64,000 nucleotides of DNA. Origin: Styela clava (lineage: Eukaryota). The DNA lies in the NCBI RefSeq assembly GCF_964204865.1, contig NC_135250.1:14322001-14386000 (forward strand), given 5' to 3'. The notes below the pieces were generated by a model. The model saw nothing but the letters and a program-made list of their open reading frames with translations, made no database searches and was not told the origin of the DNA. Shown piece by piece: positions 55,746 through 64,000 of this stretch; position 1 is the stretch's first letter; each line of letters opens with the position of its first letter. The translations under genes and the position numbers were made by a program.

Positions 55746-58700
55746 ATGCCAGCTGGAACGCATTGTGCAGTGCCGGGATGCAGCTACTCCTATGTCAAGT
55801 CTAGGAAAGCAGGACAGTCTGTAAAAACACTATTTTCTGTTCTTCGGCCCGATCTGGCAAAGACTCCTCAGGAAAGGAAACACCGGGAGGGGTTGTCCAA
55901 TTTTTTATTGGCGATGAGAGACAGTAGCAGAGGAGATAACATCAAGGCTATGCTGCACAAAGAAACGTAATGTACTTATCTAGGCATATTAAACATATAA
56001 ACAAATTTATACAGCCTATAATAGTATAATTGAGTAATTGCGTTCAAAAATTCTGCTGTGTGGATTATCAGAAACCCGGAATATTTGTTAATTTTTCTTA
56101 TCGTATATTTATCGTTATAATTTGCTAAGCCTACCAAGCCATCTAATTTGTTTTGCATTTAATTCAAATTTTGCACAAAATGACCATAGCTAGCTTTTGA
56201 CATCTTCATATTGTTATACCAATATACTTTACCTTTTTATATTTAGGGCCTCAATATGTGAAGACCATTTCCTGGGAACCGATATACTTCGGCATGGGAA
56301 AAAAAGCTCTTTAAGACTCGGAGCAGTTCCATGCAGAAAAATTCCCAGGAGTTCAGCTGTGTACCAGGAAAAAACAAGACCTCTCCCAGCTGTGCGTGAA
56401 CCACTGCCGGAAAAAATTCGATATCGATCTACTAGGAGTTTGGTCAGTGCCACTTCATACTTGTCGCAATCTATGAAAGGTATGCATCTGTAGAATTTTT
56501 TTTTGCTTGTTTAGCAAATTTTGATTGAACTTTTTATACAGATAAGTGGGCTTTGTATGAGCACCGAGGAAAATTTATTGCAGAGATGAGAAAGGATGAT
56601 TACTGCGTGCCTAGTATAAGGTAGTTGTTTTTAAACAGAAGTTATCAATTATAGTTTGGTTTTCAACTTGCAGAGAATAGGATAACATTTTAGTTTTCAA
56701 TTATTTTGTTGCTGTGTCATTTGAGTAGTAATTGAGTTTGACAGCATGAATTGTAAGTTCAGCAGTTTTTCATTGTAGCGCAAGTTTGTCGTTAGGGAAT
56801 ATTTTTAGATGGCAGAATATTAAAACTCATACTAGGAGGCTACAGGATTGTACAGAGTAAATAGCTAAGATAAATTGCAAATACCAAATCACAAATATAC
56901 CCATGAGCCATATGACATACCAAATTTTATCTAACAACTTATCAATCTAAAACAAACTGAAATAATTTTACACAATGATGAAAAAAGAGTTGAGTATGGA
57001 GAAGATGGTGCAATGCAAAGTGCTCATTTTTCTGGCTGGAAAGTCGAGATTGCAAAGCTAGGAGTTGACAGATGTGATACTCTGAATTCTGTTTTAGGTA
57101 TACATTTTCTTTTGACAAGTTCACCTTTGTTTTATTCTGTAACTCAAATTTGTGTTATCCATTTAAGACCAATTAGGCAAATTGGAGTTGTGTTGCGGTA
57201 TTGATCGGCGGGATGGCAGTACATTGGTTCACCCAGTTTTGTCGTGGGGAGGTGACAAGATTAATATCAAAAATATATATCGGTCAACATCATGTAGCAC
57301 AATTGGTATGTTAGTAAAAAATCGCTGTTCGACTGTCTCGAGAGCATATATATGATTGCAGGATATTTTTAGTGGATGTGTCAATTGGATGCCCAATGTG
57401 CAGCAGCTGCATGTCAGAACAGTTCAAAAATGACGAGGAAGAACACCATCCAAGCCAGGTCATGTTGCAAGTTGATGATACTGTGCATGATATGATCAAG
57501 GTCATGTTTACTTTTTGTTTTATTTCACGATCAAATAATTTTTAATGTACTAGACTCAAGAGATTAATTGTATGACTGACTTGTGAATATTTTCACAGGC
57601 CACTTTCGCTTCTGAAAGTTCCATCTTGAATACTTGGCAGCAAATGTTTTTTGGTCAGCAGCTTGCCAACTCCAATGCTCACCCCTCTTCACGTCGGTAC
57701 CATCCAGATGTGATTCGTTGGGCTATGGAACTCTATTGCAGATCGCCTTCTGCCTATGATCATCTGCGAACAAGTCAGGTGCTGACTCTGCCTTCCCCAA
57801 GCACTTTGAATCGCTACAGGTAAATGTAATGCTTCTGACAATTGTTGGGGTGTACTATGGTGAATTTAAATTAACTTTGATAACCATTTGGCCATGTTGT
57901 TTTCTTTCAGTCTATTCAAAAAAAATATTTTGTCTATTATCTGTCTACTTATTATATCATACATTGGTCAGTGACTCGCGATTGCTGATTTATTTTTTAT
58001 TTTTGCAGAAATGTCATTCCACCACAATCTGGGATTAACAAACTGGCATTGAAAGAAATGGAGAGAGTCATCAAAGACAAGGGTTCATTGATTGGATTTG
58101 TTGCTCTCGATGAGATGAAGGGTAAGCTCACTTTAATTTTTATTTACAATCTTACATCATTGTCATATATATGAATCTCTGATACAGTTAGAGAAAATCT
58201 GGTCTGTCGTAACGGCAAATTGATTGGTTTCGTGGACAAAGAAATGGCAAGGAATGGCAATAATGACCAGCTTGCTTCACACATTTTAGGTAAGTTGTTA
58301 CTGGGGTTTTACTACGGTAGACTTTTTATGTAACGCAGTATTAATGTTCTACATGTTTCTTCAGTATTCTACGTTAGAACCGTGAAGCGAGATCTGTCGA
58401 TTCCTTTGGCGTGGTATGCAACCCGTAACTCCCCAGCCTCCAAGCTTTGTCGGGTGTTTTGGGAACTTTTAATTGAATGTGAGAGCCGAAGCGTAAAGAT
58501 CCTTGCTGTAATCGCAGATGGTCACAGTACCAACCGTCGCTTTTTCCAACTTTTAAGTGGCAACTTGGAATTGCCTTGTGATGGTGTATTGTTTGCTCCT
58601 AATATATGCGACTCTGACAGGAACATATACCTATGTTCTGATCCATCACATTTGATCAAGGTAATAAAAGAAATGGGCAAATGGCATTGTATAATGTTTA

Positions 58701-59995
58701 CCATGATGCGTTAATTTTCAACAGTCTTTTTTTCATTTGTTCAGACTGTTCGAAACTCGTTATATGCATCAAAAGTTGGTGGGAAGAAGCATATGCGCCG
58801 AGGTGGCCAGGACATTGTGTGGAGGCATATTAAAGATCTTTATATGCAGGAATCTGTTCAGGTCCTTGGCCGTACCAGACTGAGTCCATCACATGTAGAG
58901 TTAACACCATATAGTAAGGTAAGCTAATAGTCTAATTGTGTTGGTTTGGCCGCACGACACGCTGATGAAATCCCTGAAATGGACTTATTTCAACTAAAAT
59001 TTTTGATTCGCTGCCAATGCCCTTGACTGTGGTAACAGGATTTTCAATAACTAATTTTTTTTAATACAGAGTGATTTGGGAAAATCTTTTTTATTTTCAG
59101 ATGAAAGTCAATCTTGCAACTGATGTGCTGAGCTGGAACGTCGGCCAATGTTTAAAAACAATGAATGGGACGAATGGAACTGCCAAATTTGTTTTGATGT
59201 TTGCAAAGTAAGTCGGTCATTTTTTAAAAGAAAAAAAATTCCCTATTTTTGTGTCAGTTATGCATGTATCGTCCATTCAGATGGTATGAAATTGTCAACT
59301 GTTCCTGTAATTGCCCCATACGATGCGTCGACGATGATAGACTGTCTTGGTTGAAGAATGGCTTCATAGGTTCACTGTTGGAGTGGGAAGTGAGTTGTAT
59401 TTTTTGTATGGTTTTATTCAATATGATCACAATCTCTAAAAAGATCTACAACCATAGCATTTGAAGATTATATTATATTACTATGCCATAACATTGGAAA
59501 TAAGAGATGTCATTTTGGGGTTGGCTATTGTTATTTTCATGCATTATTTATTCTTGAAAACAATTATAGAATGAGCATGGTGGAGATGAAAAGAGTTTTC
59601 TGGCTCGCCCAACCTTAGAGGGACTGAAATTCACCACACACAATTTCATAGAGATGTGCAAATACCTTCTGGCAAATGGTTTGGAATATGTGTCTTTGCA
59701 CTGCTTTAATCAGGATGTTTTGGAAGCTTTCTTCGGAAATTTGGTGAGATTTTTTGGGGGGGCTGAACTGTATGGGTATCTATCTAGCCATGTATATATC
59801 TAATCCGCAGCATCACATTCATAGAGACAACTTGGATCTAGATCAAGCAATCCAGACATATCTCAAGTATCCTATGGAATAACCCAAATTTCGCAAAGAA
59901 AGATCATCAAGAAGGTCAAAGGTGGTAATACAACCTATGGGAAAGCGAATGCCTGGACAGACATATGTGAACATCCATTGCCATCAAAAAAATGA
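55746..59995 (+). CDS. P-element/THAP9-family transposase, 15 exons, ~791 aa, no stops or frameshifts in the model
   Basis: Exons: 55746-55966, 56247-56479, 56542-56620, 56988-57097 (weak acceptor), 57168-57305, 57373-57500, 57599-57819, 58009-58121, 58188-58289, 58365-58660, 58745-58918, 59101-59207, 59281-59389, 59570-59743, 59825-59995 (2376 nt). THAP C2CH (CAVPGC...CEDHF..GAVP), HTH (RYHPDVIRW..SPSAYDHLR..LPSPSTL), catalytic ALDEMK, IADG and NQDVLEAFFGNLRQ, D(2)H motif DPSHLIKTVRN, and the insertion-domain motif KMKVNLA. Confidence 0.92.
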
Positions 59996-60662
59996 ACATT
60001 AGCATAATTTCGGCTGCAATCATGACTTACGATATTTAGAACTTGCAGATTATGCTTTTTCTCTTATAATATCGTGGATTGTTGCCGTAAAATCAATATT
60101 GGTCTTTTGTTCGAAACATTTGACCATACACACAAGGCTTTGGAGTCGGAAGTCCAACATTTTTTTATATCGTAGCTGTGCGCAAAATTTGGTTGAATTA
60201 ATCAGAGTCAAATTTTTATCGTAATATTCCATTCAAATTTATCTAAAAAACTAAGCATTGAATTGACTAGAGTATTTTCAATAGATAATTAAATTCAGTA
60301 AGACTCAATAAAGTTTTTGTAAAAGTTTGGTTTGTTGTAGCCTGTTTCGAACTCTTCGTCAAATTTGAATTATGGTCTAAATTAACTGGACTTCACAGCC
60401 TGCTCGGAAACTTATTAGTGCTGTTTTATAAATAGCATGGCAATCAAATAACAAGTTTGGATGGCAGAAGATTAAAGTGGATGATGCAGTTTATTGCCTG
60501 GTGTATTTGAGACTTTGTGTATTTTAGTCGAATCAAATTTAATTGGGTGCTTTTTGTTTGGTACATAAGAGAAACACTGAGATAACCCGGCCCACACAAT
60601 AATTAAACAATAGACTCAATCAAGTACCTCAAGCTTTTTATTTTAGCAGTTACTAAAAAAAA

Positions 60663-61589
60663 TTAATTGAAAATATGACTGTTGCTGATTCTTGCCAAAT
60701 CTGGTCTAGTACCTCTAGAACAGACACCAGACCCCGGGGCCCTCTTTTTGAATAATTTGTAAAACAACTTTCTTGCATATGCATGTGAAAGCACTCTTAT
60801 AAATAAACTCGTTACATATCTTGCTATCTTGACACTTTCTTTTTGTCCATTGCAATAGGGTAGCATGTCATTGACATTGGTATCAAAGTTTTGAGACTCT
60901 TCTAACTTATTTTCAATTCCTGCAAAGTCTATAAGATGTGGCTGTTTAGCACATTCCTGCGCTACTTTTTGGTAAGCCTCTTCTAATAGTAACAAGTATG
61001 CTTGAGTTGGATACTTTAGCTTTCCCTCCGGGAACTGCAGTAATGGGATTGTTGAATGGGAGGGCCTTTTTGCACAGAGGGAGTCCAGGGCTTTTGCTGA
61101 TTCTGCAAATTTAATATACCCCTTTTTCAGGGTATATCCTGCAATGTACTCAATTATGCCTTTTTCATAACTGTCGACCTGTTCGCAAAATAAATTCTTC
61201 GGGGTGGCAAATGTTACATTGTCATCCAGTGGCTTGAGAATGTAGTTGGTTATTTCCAACATGGCTTTCGCTGTAAAAATTTTTTCCGTATGCCCAGCGA
61301 ACATCTTTGGCGAGAGGTGTGAGCATTGAGAGAATTTTAGCATGACTTGGTCAGCTCCTTTCTCTCTGGCAAAGACTTGCATGAGGGCTTTTATAATATT
61401 CAAGCCTTCAAATGTTAGCTCTAAGTCGGATCTTACGTTATTGACCAATTTTATAACTTGATCATCGGAAACTTCCGGAGTTCTTCTATTTTTTACTTGT
61501 GTTGATGCTTTCGAATGAGGAAATTCTTCGATTTTATCGAAATCCTCAAAAAGGAACTCAACAATTCCATGTATCTCGTTAGTAGCCAT
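60663..61589 (-). CDS. Intronless 308-aa accessory ORF inside the P element; C-terminal half resembles the P/THAP9 transposase C-terminal domain
   Basis: Longest ORF in the window, ATG to stop, lying within the TIRs. Contains EKGIIEYIAGYTLKK...GKLKYPT..YLLLLEEAY...YVTSLFIRVLSHAYARK. Confidence 0.85.
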   Translation of the reverse strand: MATNEIHGIVEFLFEDFDKIEEFPHSKASTQVKNRRTPEVSDDQVIKLVNNVRSDLELTFEGLNIIKALMQVFAREKGADQVMLKFSQCSHLSPKMFAGHTEKIFTAKAMLEITNYILKPLDDNVTFATPKNLFCEQVDSYEKGIIEYIAGYTLKKGYIKFAESAKALDSLCAKRPSHSTIPLLQFPEGKLKYPTQAYLLLLEEAYQKVAQECAKQPHLIDFAGIENKLEESQNFDTNVNDMLPYCNGQKESVKIARYVTSLFIRVLSHAYARKLFYKLFKKRAPGSGVCSRGTRPDLARISNSHIFN

Positions 61590-63286
61590 TACAGATGAAT
61601 AACAGTAAGTAAGATAACTTATAAGTTACTGAGTAATAAACTAGAGCTAGGCTGGGTATGTGAAAAATAATTAATTACAGAGATTGTGCAAATTGACAAT
61701 CTAAACGTGGTAATGCTTTTGACTTTTAATTAATCAACACTCCTTTTTTTTCTCACTAATTAGGCTATGTGGCTGATTTCAGACAGATAACGGTTTCAGC
61801 ATCGATTTAGTATGAGAATAAATGGTAAGATAGCAGTCCAATAAAAATAGAGTAAAATACAGTGGTTTTCAATCACAGAGGCCAATACAATATTGATAGT
61901 ATACAGTAAAGAAACATATTTATTAATTCTGAAAGCAAACTACCGAATCATGACCCTGAACTGATGGATTGGCTGGATACAAACCCGCGACATCTTGACA
62001 CCAAACGGCCAACGCTGAAATAGATCGCGCTGAGGAAAACATCGCATTTCCTACTTCCGTACCTCTTTACTCATGTGGAACGACCTTTGAACCCGCGAGT
62101 GAATTCTCTATTATCATTCTCTGTGATATTACATTACCTTACATGGGTATAGGACGTTCTCCGTTCAACGTCACCAAAGGACGCTTCCGTCGGGAACAAA
62201 TTGCCTTACCGGTACTGCAGTTGATTTTTGCTGGAGCGGTTTTCAAAAATTCTTATGCGGAAAACTAGCCTCAGTTAGCTTTATGTAAAGAGCAAGCGTT
62301 CAAATAAATTCTGAAAATATATATAGAATCATATTTACCATAGAATCATATTCGTGAAAAAAAATATCAGTGATAATCCACAAAAGATATGAATAGGCGG
62401 TACCGGTACCGTATCACCAATGAACATGAAGAGAAATTTAAAATGAGAGCGAGATCTGAATGCTTTGATACCGTAACAGTGTACTTACGTCTGTACGTAG
62501 TTTAGTGTAGTCTACTTGTTGTGTAAGTCTGAAAATTTTCAAATTTTTTGTGTTAGTACTGTGCTGGTAAATTGAATTGTTTTGCCTACCGGTACCCATA
62601 CTGCCATATGATGATTTGTAGTGAGAATATTTCGATGATATGATGCTGGTATTTCTCACTGTAATGTGGTACTAGTAGTAGTTTTGAACATGTATAACTG
62701 CCCAGTGTTGGACCTAGCGCCACTTCTTCTCAAATATGGTATGTTTTGATACCTGGATACCTGTACAGTAAACTTATACAGTATTTCTACTGTCATTTGC
62801 TATTGTCATTTTTTTATGTAACTATTGTACATTCGTGATTTCAATAATAACTTGAAAATTTGATAATCCTAACCAACTGGATAATATGTAGCCTATTCAA
62901 ATGAATTGGATACTACTGACTGACTGATGCAAAATCCATGGAACATACAGATACGGTATATGATAATGATGCTAATTATATTAGGTGGTCACAATTAATG
63001 TAATTGGATGAATATTGTTTCTTTGTTTCAACACATAATGAAAAAGGGAATTTAAGAGTAAGCTGTCACTGTCTGAGGAAAGGGATGTGTTTTGAAATAG
63101 TTGAGTGTGCAAACATCACTTCTCATATGTTTTCTCGAGTTGAATTGTACCAAATAGGAATAGAACTAGAATTTATATTAGATCATCAATTCATATTGTT
63201 ATTTGACCAAATAATCTATTAATTCAGATCTTATTAATCATTGTTATATTTGCTACTGTGTCTGTAAAATCTCCTACAGTCCTAGG

Positions 63287-63922
63287 ATGAATGTTGATCA
63301 TGAGGTGCAACTTCTTGTGGAAGAAATGAATCGACTGGGCAAACAAAGTGAGAATGTCAAGTTTTCGTATATTGGTTATTGAATATTTTGCCAGAGCAAC
63401 CAGCAAGCTATTGAAGTTTAAAAAATTGTCTTTCCAAATTATGTGTCGCTGCTATGATTGTGAATTATCCATGTATCTGTTTCGATCATTTAGATCAGTT
63501 CGTTCACAAATTTTGCTCTCATTATTATTCGACAGTGACCATTCATGTGACGAGAATTCTCATTCATATTTATTAAGATGGTCATACAGATACCAGTAAT
63601 AAATACTGCCATTTATAAATTGAGACTTGCAATTTTCTAAACAGAAAAATACATGTCATTGTGAAGGAAAGCCAAATTATGCAAACATGCATCAAAAATA
63701 TCCTGAAAATAACTTTGTGTTCCTTTTGCAGATGCAGATGGAAAAATATCAGTTACCTTTGGAACCCTGTTTGCAGATGACCGATGTGCAAATATATTTG
63801 AAGCATTAGTTGGAACATTAAGGGCAGCAAAAAAAAAGAAAATTGTTGATTACCAGGGTGAACTTCTTCTTCAAGGAGTTCATGACAATGTTCCCATTAC
63901 TTTATTAAAGGAACAATTATGA
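63287..63922 (+). CDS. ABRACL: Costars family protein ABRACL, 83 aa, 2 coding exons
   Basis: Exons 63287-63347 and 63732-63922 give MNVDHEVQLLVEEMNRLGKQNADGKISVTFGTLFADDRCANIFEALVGTLRAAKKKKIVDYQGELLLQGVHDNVPITLLKEQL, collinear with vertebrate ABRACL. A splice acceptor at 63278-63279 implies an upstream non-coding exon. Confidence 0.96.
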
Positions 63923-64000
63923 AATCAGATTCTAAATAAATTGTAACCCGGTATTCTGCAAAGTCATATGCCTTAAATATTTTTAACATGATATCAAACT

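Larger units (their letters stand above)
55177..62125 (+). mobile_element. Full-length P-superfamily DNA transposon (6949 bp) with two convergent genes
   Basis: 7-bp TSD ATATTAC (55170-55176, 62126-62132); empty paralogous site GGC-ATATTAC-CTTACATGGG at ~54615-54634. Imperfect 21-bp TIR (14/21): TATAGAGGGTCAACATAGAGA vs CACAGAGAATGATAATAGAGA. 22-bp subterminal inverted repeat (21/22) at 55221-55242 and 62060-62081. Confidence 0.93.
54113..62356 (+). repeat. Tandem duplication upstream of ABRACL: copy A ~54113-54836; copy B ~54844-55176 plus 62126-62356, split by the P element
   Basis: Shared blocks TAAAATCTGGTA.ATGACTT.GTGAATATAC, CAAACTGGTTTATTCCTTATCAAACCAACGACTAATCTA and GTACTGCAGTTGATTTTTGCTGGAGCGGTTTTCAAAAATTCT occur in the same order in both copies. 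Confidence 0.9.

Noticed and set aside
55746-59995. Domesticated host THAP9 gene
   Set aside because: It is bounded by TIRs and a TSD with an empty paralogous site, so no gene symbol was assigned.
55177-62125. Kolobok or Harbinger interpretation of the two-ORF element
   Set aside because: The TSD is 7 bp rather than TTAA or 3 bp, and the DEM / DG / D(2)H / KMKV / QD.LE.FFG motifs are P-superfamily.

Overview
AT-rich, intron-containing animal DNA. Short GT-AG introns and the repeat types suggest an invertebrate, possibly an ascidian; this is inference only. Positions 1-21 kb are gene-poor with scattered MITEs. At 22.6-29.5 kb is an intact 10-exon SSUH2-like gene, followed by a degraded direct copy of exons 2-9 (32.4-39.0 kb) fused to an inverted copy of the exon 1 region (39.0-41.8 kb). 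41.8-54.6 kb is a nested transposon graveyard: Gypsy/Mag gag-protease, hAT MITEs, LINE ORF1, piggyBac, a decayed P transposase and a tRNA-derived SINE. The main finding is a 6.95-kb P-superfamily element (55177-62125) with a 7-bp TSD and a paralogous empty site in the window. It carries two convergent, apparently intact genes: a 15-exon THAP-DDE transposase that stops right after the catalytic core, and an intronless 308-aa ORF resembling the missing YIAGY-type C-terminal domain, which suggests a split two-component P transposase. The element sits in a tandemly duplicated segment upstream of ABRACL (Costars; 63287-63922) that also carries several short 7-bp-TSD-flanked scars resembling P-element excision footprints. 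All gene models and homologies were read by eye and no searches were run.
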